From positions 721,307-785,306 of the forward strand of contig NZ_OY829290.1 in assembly GCF_963691685.1 (NCBI RefSeq): DNA of 64,000 nucleotides, in the 5' to 3' direction. Source of the stretch: Thalassovita sp. (GTDB lineage: Bacteria; Pseudomonadota; Alphaproteobacteria; Rhodobacterales; Rhodobacteraceae). Shown here piece by piece: positions 49,775-58,698 of this stretch; position 1 is the first letter of the stretch; every line of letters starts with the position of its first letter. Both the position numbers and the translations under genes were made by a program. The notes beneath the pieces are model-generated. The model searched no databases, had not been told where the DNA came from, and was given only the letters and a program-made list of their open reading frames with translations.

Positions 49775-50427
49775 TCAAATCACCTTGCACATAAACCCCT
49801 AAAAAACAACACAAACACCCCACAAGGCGGACCCCTTTGCACGGATGTTGCACGGGTTGCTCGGGCAGTGCGGCACGGTGTGAGTGAGATATTTGAATCA
49901 CGGTGAGGTAACGAAATCGCAAGAAATATCACGCCACTATAGAAATTAGGGCTTGGGTCGTTATCTCTAATAGGGTAGATGCCCGCCATCTTGTTAAAGA
50001 GACGTCATAGGCGTTGCAGCGCCGTTAAGACGGATGAGAACGACAATGGGTCACAACAGTTTCCCAGCGTCCAAACCGGAACCGGACATATTCGCGAACG
50101 CGAACCGGTTTCGGCCAACTACAAGTTTTACAAGCAGCCATCTTTGAACCTCCTTTTTCTTGAGTGAGTGGAAACAAGTCCACGCTCGAGAAGCCCTTCG
50201 TTGGTCTTCTCCTTAGAAGCCGAAGAAAGGTAGATAGAGGTGATGGCGGGCATCTGAACTTTAAACACCATATGGCGGCACGAGTGGTCAAGGCCTTTCG
50301 TGTTTTTCGCGTTTCGAAAGATGGTTGTTCAACTTAGGAAATGCGCGTATTTGGCGCATCGATGATTGGATTTTCCCCTTTAAACGGGAGAAGTTCCGTG
50401 CAACACTTCGCGGGTAGGGAGAACAAC

Positions 50428-50718
50428 ATGGATTTACCAAGCACAGTTCGTGATCAACTGGTAGCTTTGGTGTTGGAGGAAGTCCCGGCGGAGTTGATTG
50501 AAAACATCTCGGTAGAGGATGTAGCGATCGACCACGAAGCCGGAGAAATCCGCATTGAGCTATTAGTGAGTACAAAGGTTAAACCTAAAGATTTTGCAAA
50601 AGGCTATTTTGGGCTTTCATCAAATGTTCGGCGTTTAGTTGCCGAGCAAAAAGAAGACTGGCATTCTTATTTGCCAATATTGACACCAGCAATGAGTGGA
50701 AAAGCATTTGCCGGATGA
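50428..50718 (+). CDS. hypothetical protein (island cargo, gene A of a coupled pair)
   Basis: SD gggagaacaac-ATG; GC ~48%; 96 aa. Confidence 0.4.
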   Translation: MDLPSTVRDQLVALVLEEVPAELIENISVEDVAIDHEAGEIRIELLVSTKVKPKDFAKGYFGLSSNVRRLVAEQKEDWHSYLPILTPAMSGKAFAG

Positions 50719-51247
50719 GGCTATTGCCGAAGGATTAATAGAAACGGCACGGTCACTTGTGCATGCCGATAAGGCGGAGCATTCTCAAGCCGACGTCCGT
50801 TGCGCGATAAGTACGGCCTATTTTGCGATGTACCATGCGCTCGCCCGTATGTCGGCCAATGGATTGGTTGGATCAGACCGTACTACCAGAGCAAACAAGG
50901 CTTGGGTTGAGGTCTATCGCGGATTGGCTCACGGTGTCTGCAAAGATTCCTGTAAGAAAGCCGTTAAAATCGCCTTTCCTGAGGAGCTAAAGTTCTTCGC
51001 CTCAAACTTCGTGACTCTGCAAACGTGCAGAAAACGAGCTGACTATGATCCTGTCTGTAGGCCGTCCGTCGATGAAGCATCACAGCTTATTGAGGTTGCG
51101 GCACTATCCATAGAATTGCTTGGCGGCGTTGACGATGCAAGCAAGACCGCTTTTGCGACGTGGGTGTTGATCTCCAGCCCGGGAGCTAAGGCTGCCCGAA
51201 CTGTGGTTTCTGAGAACAACGGCAGATCACTGGGCTTAGGCGCCTGA
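50696..51247 (+). CDS. hypothetical alpha-helical protein (gene B, translationally coupled)
   Basis: GTG start overlapping the end of gene A by 23 nt; 183 aa; no recognised motif. Confidence 0.4.
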   Translation: MEKHLPDEAIAEGLIETARSLVHADKAEHSQADVRCAISTAYFAMYHALARMSANGLVGSDRTTRANKAWVEVYRGLAHGVCKDSCKKAVKIAFPEELKFFASNFVTLQTCRKRADYDPVCRPSVDEASQLIEVAALSIELLGGVDDASKTAFATWVLISSPGAKAARTVVSENNGRSLGLGA

Positions 51248-51645
51248 GCCGGAGAAACGTTGGCGGGCCAGTTGCACTTTAAACGGTTCTCGTCCTGCGC
51301 CATTTTTGCCCAATGGAGCGTTGACGGCTTGGCTCACACTTTGAACTGAAAGCTGAAGTGTGGTCGGCTCCATGTATCGATAGTTGTCAGGTGCCTCTAG
51401 AATTTCTTGCGCAACTGCATGATTCCTGTAGTATAAGCGGCGCTTGAAGATGCAGGATTTCATACTCCTGTAAATGATGCGACGCAGCGCTTCCGAGCTC
51501 AGCCATAGGGTTTAGTCGGATGCAATACGTTGTTCATTCTATAAGGAAGCTGTTGCCCTTGATTGGGATTCGCCCAATCGTTTTGACAGCCTACATAGGA
51601 TGGGCCCGTAGCTGGTTATAGACACCGCCAGCTACGGGCTACTCA

Positions 51646-51723
51646 CTATCCGATTAAGATCATCACAATGATAGTCAAAACCATCAGCGAAAGCGTGAGT
51701 AGCTTGAAGACACTGTCACTCAT
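51646..51723 (-). CDS. 25-aa hydrophobic peptide with consensus SD (type I toxin-like or leader peptide candidate)
   Basis: AGGAGGTGCAT-ATG; MSDSVFKLLTLSLMVLTIIVMILIG-stop; a 12-bp perfect hairpin lies 6 bp downstream at 51603-51640. Confidence 0.3.
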   Translation of the reverse strand: MSDSVFKLLTLSLMVLTIIVMILIG

Positions 51724-51788
51724 ATGCACCTCCTGTAAAATGTCGGTGCCCAAATGAGCAGCCTCATCTGAGTGGTCCATTTTGATTG

Positions 51789-52496
51789 TTAGTGCATGAT
51801 CGGCCTCTGATCCATCGGAATGATGGTTTCAGGAGCTGGTGGTTTGTAGCCCAATGCACTGTGGGGCCTTGTGTTGTAGTGTTTCCTCCACTCTTCGATC
51901 AGGATTTGCGCTTCGCGCAGGCTGTAGAATACCTCGCCGTTGAGAAGTTCATCCCGCATCCGCCCGTTGAAGCTTTCGCAATATCCGTTTTCCCAGGGTG
52001 ACCCTGGCTCGATGTAGGCGGTCTTCGCGCCGACGGCGGTGATCCAGTCCCGAACAGCCTGTGCAACGAACTCAGGGCCATTATCCGACCGGATGAATGC
52101 CGGAGCGCCGCGCAGGATGAACAGGTCTGTCAGAACATTGATCACATCTGTCGAGTTCAATTTGCGCTGCACCTTAATCGCCAAACATTCCCGGCTGTGC
52201 TCATCAATGATGTTCAGCGTCCTGAAGACTTTTCCATCATCTGTCCGGCAATGCACGAAGTCATAGCTCCAGACATGGTTCCGATACTCGGGCCTCAGCC
52301 GAACACATGATCCGTCATTCAGCCAGAGCCGCCCCTTCTTCGGTTGTTTTGCTGGAACCTTCAGCCCCTCTCGTCGCCATAGCCGTTCGACACGACCATC
52401 GCTCACGGACCAACCCGCCTCTCTGAGCAGAGCCGCGATCCGCCGATAGCCGTAGCGGCCAAACTGTCTGGCCAATTCGATCATGTCAGCAACCAA
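51789..52496 (-). CDS. IS3-family transposase OrfB (DDE integrase core)
   Basis: rve-domain motifs (YGYRRI, HSDNGPEF-like RSDNGPEF, NGxxES); N-terminal part continues upstream in another frame toward orfA. Confidence 0.75.
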   Translation of the reverse strand: MVADMIELARQFGRYGYRRIAALLREAGWSVSDGRVERLWRREGLKVPAKQPKKGRLWLNDGSCVRLRPEYRNHVWSYDFVHCRTDDGKVFRTLNIIDEHSRECLAIKVQRKLNSTDVINVLTDLFILRGAPAFIRSDNGPEFVAQAVRDWITAVGAKTAYIEPGSPWENGYCESFNGRMRDELLNGEVFYSLREAQILIEEWRKHYNTRPHSALGYKPPAPETIIPMDQRPIMH

Positions 52497-52633
52497 ACGA
52501 TCCTCATCGGCGCGGCCTTTCGGGATATGCCTTTGTGTGGAGCGATGCTGCCCGAGAACCCGACAGGCCCTGCGTTGCGATACTTTGAACTGGCTTCGAA
52601 CGTGATCAATACATGCACGACGGCGAGCGGGGC

Positions 52634-52912
52634 TTAGTAATTTCCCTTTGCGGCTTCCTTCAGGATTAATTTGTCCAACGTAAGATCAGACACAGCTCTT
52701 CTGAGCCGTTCATTTTCCTTTTGAAGCCGCTTCAGCTCCTTCAATTGATCCACACCCATTCCGCCATACTTCTTACGCCAGCGGTAATAGGTTTGTTCAA
52801 CAACACCGATCTGTCTGATTGCATCCAGACGGGACATGCCTTGCCCCATCAACACCTCAACTTGCCGTAACTTCGAAACTATCTCTTCCGGCTTCGGTCG
52901 CTTGTTTGCCAT
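52634..52912 (-). CDS. IS3-family transposase OrfA (HTH/leucine-zipper)
   Basis: [19 protein letters not shown]...[22 protein letters not shown] typical IS3 OrfA. Confidence 0.75.
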   Translation of the reverse strand: MANKRPKPEEIVSKLRQVEVLMGQGMSRLDAIRQIGVVEQTYYRWRKKYGGMGVDQLKELKRLQKENERLRRAVSDLTLDKLILKEAAKGNY

Positions 52913-52968
52913 GCGTGGTCCTCCGTTTCCTAAACATAGCGGCGGACCAGTTCACTGGGGCAGGCTCA

Positions 52969-55410
52969 ACTGACGACGACATTCTGTCCAGCGAAGAGCA
53001 GACCTTCACCCCGTTCTTCGGACTGGCGGATACCGTCAACGGTGTGAGCGGCAAATTTCCGGATCCGGCGCAGGTTTGGCAGCTCGAAAGCGCGCCGCCG
53101 CTTAACAATCCAGACTTTGAGGTCGAGGACGGTGGCCGCCGCCTGATGGTGGATGTTCAGTATGACCTGGTGCCCTATTCGGAGCAGGTGCAGCGCCTGA
53201 TGCAGGGCGGCCTGAATGAGGCCCGCCGCGCCCGCCGTCACACCTTTGTGCTGCCGCCGCGCTTCTGGGCGCTTGAGGCCGGCGACATCGTGTCCTTTAC
53301 CTCAGAGCGCAATGGCTATGTGGCGAAGCTGTTTCGGGTCGATGGCGTTTTGGATCAGTCCAACGCGGATGTGCTGGTGGATCTGACAGAAGTAGATCCC
53401 GCGGATTACGTCTTTGACACCAACACCGATTATACGCCCGTCACAGGCGGATCTGTGGTGGCTCCTGTGGTCCCGCCGCAGCCCATCGCGGGCTGGTCTG
53501 TTACTGCTGCCGCGTCAACTGATGCGCAGGGCGCGGGCCGTTTCCCGGCCATTGCCGTTGGCTGGGATGGCGACATGGACGATGTGATTGCGGTTGAGGT
53601 GCGTGCGCGGGTCAAGGCCACAGGGGCAATGATCTTTTCCGGCCGTTTTGAGGATGTGGCCGCAGCCGCCGGGTTGATTATTGCAGGTATCCTTCCGGCT
53701 GAGACCTATGAGGTGCAGGGCCGTTACGTGCCGGGCACCGCGCGGCAAACCGTCTGGTCGGATTGGCTGGAGGTCACCACGCTGGATCTGCGGATTACGC
53801 GGGATCAGCTGCAAGATGAAATTGGTGAGGCAATCGATGCCGCGGCTTATCATGCTGCTCAAGTCGGCAAGGAAATTGACGCCCTATTGTCTGGCTTCGC
53901 CGGGGGGACCTTAAAAGGGGCTCTGGATCGGCAGCGCAAAGGCTTGCAGGCTGGCATCGATGGCGTATCCGCTAAGCTGTCACAGGACTATTTGACTGCT
54001 GCCTCGATCAACAAGGCAATCAGCTCGGCAAAGAAGGATGTGGTTGCAACCTCTGAACAATTAGGTGGCGGTGTATTCGCCACCAGTTTCTTCGGGGATA
54101 TTTGGAGGCGCTGGTCGCTGGGCGGATCCAAACGGCCTGGCACGTTCTATCCAAGCGGTCACCTTTATGAGTTCACCACCACTAACATTCAGAACGCTGG
54201 CTTGCAGCTGCAGTCAACACAAGCTGGGTGGGTCGGTGCATCTGGTGTGGATCGCTATCGGCTAGAACTGGAATTTGAACTTGTGTCTGGTGCGACCAGC
54301 GGCGCGGGTGTGCTGTTCGATTGGCGCAACACCAAAAACCAGCTTTTCCGGGTGAGGATCCCTATCAGTGATTTTGTCTCCGATCCAATTCAGGCTGGTA
54401 AGCGCTATTTTGGTTCAGTTCTTGTTGAGCGGCCTGTGGGTTTTACTGGAGCCTTTGATCGTCACTCGGTCTATCTGATGGCAAACTATGGTGGGTTAGG
54501 CGCTCGGACTACAAAGTCGATAAGGTTTCACAAGTTCCAAGCCTATCCAGCCACGGTGACTGACGCGCGCGCCGCGCAGCATGCGGCGGCGATCAGCGAT
54601 CTACAGGGAAATGCTTCTGCGAGTGTGGTGTTTAAGGTTCTGGCCGGCGCCCAATCTGCAGAGTTAGGCCTCTTCGCGCAGGATGGAGATGCAGGGGCGG
54701 TCTCACTGTTCAGAGTGCGGGCGACAAACATTTTGTTGGATGGCAGCGTCACCTCGCAGCAGATCGATACCGTTGAATTTCGCAGCGCAGGTCTGGCGGT
54801 CTTTGGTGGGGCCGTTATGTCGGCAAATTTCGACGGCACAGTTGATGCCGCTGGCAACCTTCTGACGAGAGGCACGCAAGGTTTTGCGATCACGCAGAAG
54901 GGGGACGCTGTATTCACCAACCTGATCGCACGCGATGACATCCAGGTCGGGGCGGTTAGCGCGGGGGTCACTTATGCAAGTTCTGGGGCACAGACGTTAC
55001 CGATAAATGCAGAAGTGTTTCGCTACTCTCTGGGGGCATTCTTGCCCGGTGAGTTTTGGAACATTGCCTGCAAGACAACTTGGCGAGGCTTGGGAACGAG
55101 GCCGGAACAGGACAATGAGGGCGATTGGCACATCCGCAAGTATAAAACAGGGGTCAAACTTCAATGGCGGCAGCGCAACGGCGCGTCATGGACCGGTTGG
55201 GACACCATTCACACATTTTCTAAGACCGACAGTTCCAGATGGCGTACCGACGATGTGGTGGTAGCAAAACTGGGAGCCTTTGATGAGGTTGAAGTGCGTG
55301 CGGTTGTTTATGGTTATCTCGGTCCCCGCTTCCCCAGCGGTCGACCCAAAGGGAGCATCATCCCAAATGTGAAAGATGTGTCTCTGTATGCACGCGCAAT
55401 TGTGAGGTGA
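52969..55410 (+). pseudogene. GTA/phage host-specificity (tail) protein, 5'-truncated by the IS3 insertion
   Basis: An ~815-aa ORF continues from the IS boundary. It is Gly/Ala/Val-rich with beta-rich tail-fibre-like composition, and its size is consistent with the C-terminal two-thirds of an RcGTA g15-like protein. Confidence 0.5.
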
Positions 55411-55414
55411 TCTG

Positions 55415-55792
55415 ATGAAATTCGTGAAACTCGATCAAACAGGCATCTATGTAGTCGGCCACGGAGAGGCCACGGTTTTGCCCACCGGGGCAATAGCCAT
55501 CCCCGCAGAGATGGACGGTGCGGGCTTTCTCGGCTTCTACATGGTGGATGACGAGCTGAGGCAGCGCCCTGCATCGCCTGTGCCTGTCAAGCAGGCCGAA
55601 GGCTGGCAGATTGATGCGCCGGACGGGGCAGAGGTTGAAGTTTATGACCTGATCGGGGGCGAAGTTATGGCCCATGAGATGCTTGCGCCTGGTGCTGCCT
55701 ATGCCTTTTCGCTGGCAGACTCTGGATCATACAACGTCACCGTTTCAGCACCGCTTCCGGCCATGCCGTCTAACACAGTGATTGAGGTGTAG
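55415..55792 (+). CDS. phage hypothetical protein
   Basis: 4-bp spacing from the upstream tail gene; co-oriented. Confidence 0.45.
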   Translation: MKFVKLDQTGIYVVGHGEATVLPTGAIAIPAEMDGAGFLGFYMVDDELRQRPASPVPVKQAEGWQIDAPDGAEVEVYDLIGGEVMAHEMLAPGAAYAFSLADSGSYNVTVSAPLPAMPSNTVIEV

Positions 55793-55794
55793 AG

Positions 55795-56232
55795 ATGCAG
55801 GTTTTGACACGCAGCGCGGCCAGCAAGAGCGCGATCCTGAACAGCCAGAAACAGGCCGCGCAAGAGGCGCTGGCGGTGGCCGTTGGTGAAACCCGCGCGC
55901 GGTTCATCACCAGTATTCCGGGACAGGAGCTGACATACATCGAGAAGGAGCGCCAGGCGTTGGCGTTCCTGGTAGCCACGCCAGAGCCAGACCCCGCAGA
56001 CCCTGCGGATGCTGCAGCATTTGCCTTTGTCTTTCAGGAAGTCGGCATCACCGGACAGACGGCTCGTAAAGTGGCGCAGCTCATCGCCTTCAAGGCTGAA
56101 CAATGGCGCGATTTCGGCCCCCTGATTGAGCGCGAACGCCTGGCGGCGACTGCGGCCATCGATGGGGCGCAGGATCCAGACCAGATTGAGGCCGCTCTGG
56201 ATGGCTACACCAGGGCCGTCGCGGATCTCTAG
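55795..56232 (+). CDS. phage hypothetical protein
   Basis: 2-bp spacing from the upstream ORF; soluble alpha-helical protein. Confidence 0.45.
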   Translation: MQVLTRSAASKSAILNSQKQAAQEALAVAVGETRARFITSIPGQELTYIEKERQALAFLVATPEPDPADPADAAAFAFVFQEVGITGQTARKVAQLIAFKAEQWRDFGPLIERERLAATAAIDGAQDPDQIEAALDGYTRAVADL

Positions 56233-56297
56233 GTAAGCAAAACACAACTGAAACCAACCGCCGCCCACAGGGCGGCTTTTTCGTGTGAGAGGCAACG

Positions 56298-56990
56298 ATG
56301 AACAAAGCAGAACAACTGATCGCAAAGAGCGCACTGCCCGTGGGTGGTGGGGCAATTGCGTGGCCCTTTACGGTGGCGGAGGCAGCACATTATGCCACGC
56401 TGCTCAACCAGGTGATTATCCCATCAATCGGGGTGCTGATCGCGTTGGTGACGCTGCTGATCAAGCTGCGCGTTTGGTGGCGTGGGTCGCGGTTTGCGAA
56501 AGAGGAGAGCGGGCGGGTCAGAGCGCGCTGGTGGGTCGGTGGTTCTGTGGCAGCTGTGATTGCTCTGGGGCTACCCATGACGGCGAAATGGGAAGGGCTG
56601 GAAAATCAGGCTTACTGGGATGCGCATGGGCAGGTCTGGACGGTGTGCCTTGGTGAGACCGAAGGGGTGCAGCAGGGGGACAACTACTCCGATGCCGAAT
56701 GTCTCGGGATGTTCAAAGAACGCTGGGCTGAGTTCCACCGTGAAATGCTGGCTTGCGTGCCCGAAATGGCCGAGGCCCCCGCAGAGGTGCAGGCGGCAGT
56801 CACCAGCTGGTCCTACAACGTCGGGATCGGTGCGGCCTGCAAATCCACACTGGCCAAACACCTGCGGCGGAGTGAGTGGCGCGAGGCCTGCAACCAGCTA
56901 CCGCGCTGGCGCCGGGCAGGGGGGCAGGTGTTGCGCGGCCTGGTCAATCGGCGCGCTGATGAGCAGGCTCTGTGCCTGTCGGGGCTGTGA
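56298..56990 (+). CDS. SAR-type phage endolysin (GH24 lysozyme, P21 R-like)
   Basis: N-terminal weakly hydrophobic SAR helix (VIIPSIGVLIALVTLLIKL). Catalytic region EGLENQAYWD..GVWTVCLGET, YNVGIGAACKSTL and CNQLPRWRRAGGQVLRGLVNRR..E..LC aligns closely with phage 21 R lysozyme. Confidence 0.8.
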   Translation: MNKAEQLIAKSALPVGGGAIAWPFTVAEAAHYATLLNQVIIPSIGVLIALVTLLIKLRVWWRGSRFAKEESGRVRARWWVGGSVAAVIALGLPMTAKWEGLENQAYWDAHGQVWTVCLGETEGVQQGDNYSDAECLGMFKERWAEFHREMLACVPEMAEAPAEVQAAVTSWSYNVGIGAACKSTLAKHLRRSEWREACNQLPRWRRAGGQVLRGLVNRRADEQALCLSGL

Positions 56991-57304
56991 TGGGCCGCTA
57001 CGCCCTCGCTGCTGCCCTGGCCGTGGTTCTAGCGCTCTTTGCCGCCCTGTGGTGGCTGTCAGCGCGCAATGACGCACTGACGGCGGAAGTGGCCGCACTG
57101 CGCGTCTCTGTGGCCTCTGCGCAGCACGCGCTGGAACAGGCCGAGACTGCCGCCGCTGTTCACCGTGCATATCTCGCCCGCGCTGAGGCTGACGCAGAGC
57201 GCTGGCGGGCTGTCCAAAACGATCTGCAATCCATGGAGGGTCGCGATGCGCCTCTTTCCCCTCTGCTGCGCACTACTGCTCAGCGGCTGTTTGCGCGCCC
57301 CTGA
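56972..57304 (+). CDS. i-spanin (Rz-like)
   Basis: N-terminal TM plus coiled-coil; overlaps the endolysin stop. Confidence 0.5.
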   Translation: MPVGAVMGRYALAAALAVVLALFAALWWLSARNDALTAEVAALRVSVASAQHALEQAETAAAVHRAYLARAEADAERWRAVQNDLQSMEGRDAPLSPLLRTTAQRLFARP

Positions 57305-57476
57305 GGTGGTCGCCCCGCCACCACCGGTGCCCGCCGATCTGCTGCGCCCCTGCGAGGGCTACGGCGGCCCAGTGCCTCGGACGGAGGGGCAGTTTTCTGA
57401 CGCTTTGCTCGCCGAAGCGCGGGGGAGGATCTGCTCGAACGCGCGCCTTGAGGCAGTTCGGGAAATTCTAAACTGA
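57246..57476 (+). CDS. o-spanin (Rz1-like outer-membrane lipoprotein), overlapping Rz in a different frame
   Basis: MRLFPLCCALLLSGC lipobox, Pro-rich (APPPPVPADLLRPC), starts inside the Rz reading frame. Confidence 0.5.
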   Translation: MRLFPLCCALLLSGCLRAPEVVAPPPPVPADLLRPCEGYGGPVPRTEGQFSDALLAEARGRICSNARLEAVREILN

Positions 57477-57589
57477 TGTCAAGCTTTAATCAATTAAGCT
57501 CATGACAATGCCAGAAGCGCTTAAAAATAGGGGCTTCTGAATGCCCATCTAAAAGTCAAAAAACTAATTATCTGTTGATTCAATAAAAT

Positions 57590-58225
57590 TTGCACACTGA
57601 AAAATTGTATTTACACACTCCCGTCAAATTGTACCAACACTTCGCGTGTATTTCCGTGGTTGCAGCAACCGAGGAAGTACCCGTGAGAGTTAACAATCTA
57701 AAAGGCCACATTGGTAAAATCGAAATAGTGAACGGCGCAGGAGCCGGGAGTGACCACTATTCAGCGAGAAATTTCAGCGCTTCCAATGTCGCTTGCGTTG
57801 TTGCCGATGAAGCGTCATTCCACAACGTCAAATTCGGGTTTGAGGGGCTGGGTTTCGAAGTCGCTTGCTCTTCGTCGTTGGAGGCGATCTTCGAAACTGT
57901 TTCCGAGAGCCCAGAGGATTGGGCAATGATCGTGGTTCGCCTAGATCAGCCTTTGAACGAAGAGTGTTTGGAAAGTTTTGTCCGGCTTACACGTTTGATG
58001 GATGTTAGAATTCCGATCATCGTTATGCTCCAAAAGGATAAACCTTTGAAAAATTACGGGTGTGGCAGTCTTTATGCAGATTGCGTTGTCGGCGAACCTA
58101 AGTCAAAAAAGGAACTCTCAACTGCGATTGGAGTGGCTGTGAATGCTAATAGGCGTTGGGGCAGCAGCTTTGAGCATTTCAGGTCAGACACGGGAAATCG
58201 TATCCACAGACCAAGTCGAAGGTAA
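57590..58225 (+). CDS. REC-like (receiver) domain protein with N-terminal extension
   Basis: AT-rich; probable GTG start near 57683 (SD gaggaag); receiver-like core VVADE...IVVRLDQP...IPIIVM. Confidence 0.4.
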   Translation: MHTEKLYLHTPVKLYQHFACISVVAATEEVPVRVNNLKGHIGKIEIVNGAGAGSDHYSARNFSASNVACVVADEASFHNVKFGFEGLGFEVACSSSLEAIFETVSESPEDWAMIVVRLDQPLNEECLESFVRLTRLMDVRIPIIVMLQKDKPLKNYGCGSLYADCVVGEPKSKKELSTAIGVAVNANRRWGSSFEHFRSDTGNRIHRPSRR

Positions 58226-58295
58226 AAAAACGCTAGCCTAGATCGTCCCCACCACTCACGGAATTTTTTCGACAAGGTGTCAAGTGAAATATAAT

Positions 58296-58688
58296 TCAGG
58301 TGGTATCGTGGAGTATGGTGCTGCCTATTTTTTTCTTTAACTTTGATAGGCTTACCGGTTTGAGTAGTACCGTCAAGTCCGAGGTTTCTTCAATTTTTTT
58401 TCCATCCAGTTCAGCCAAACCGGTTATTAGGAACTTTCTCGTTGAACTAGATAGTAACTCCGATGCTTTCTTTAGAAACTCCACGCCATTAATGGTTGGC
58501 ATAGCCAGATCAACGATCACTAAGTCGTAATCGCTTGGGTTTTTCTCCAAATAATTTAGGCACTCGGTCGGATTGTTGAAAGCGCTCACTACCCCGCCGA
58601 TAATCGAAATTACTTCTGAAATTTCCTCAAGGACCTGTTCATCGTCATCCAAAACGAGCGCCGTAAATCTAGTCACAAATTTGGGCAA
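58296..58688 (-). CDS. single-domain response regulator (CheY-like receiver)
   Basis: LVLDDD acidic pocket, DLVIVDLAMP phospho-Asp, LLK conserved Lys. Confidence 0.7.
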   Translation of the reverse strand: MPKFVTRFTALVLDDDEQVLEEISEVISIIGGVVSAFNNPTECLNYLEKNPSDYDLVIVDLAMPTINGVEFLKKASELLSSSTRKFLITGLAELDGKKIEETSDLTVLLKPVSLSKLKKKIGSTILHDTT

Positions 58689-58698
58689 CTTGACCTCC

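Larger units (their letters stand above)
51755..52968 (-). mobile_element. IS3-family insertion sequence (orfA/orfB with programmed frameshift architecture)
   Basis: Imperfect terminal IRs TGAGCAGCCTCATCTGAGTGGTCC (left) and TGAGCCTGCCCCAGTGAACTGGTCC (right, reverse complement); ~1.2 kb. Confidence 0.7.

Noticed and set aside
49734-50340. Group I intron interrupting tRNA-Ser rather than truncation
   Set aside because: No 3' exon (T-arm GGTTCGAATCC plus CGTCTCC acceptor strand) occurs anywhere in the following 3 kb. The break also falls in the 3' anticodon stem rather than at the usual intron positions.
52819-52968. Start of the 863-aa ORF at 52819
   Set aside because: Its first 50 codons lie inside the IS3 element, antisense to orfA. 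The real tail-protein fragment begins at the IS boundary (52969) with no start codon, hence it is called a truncated pseudogene.
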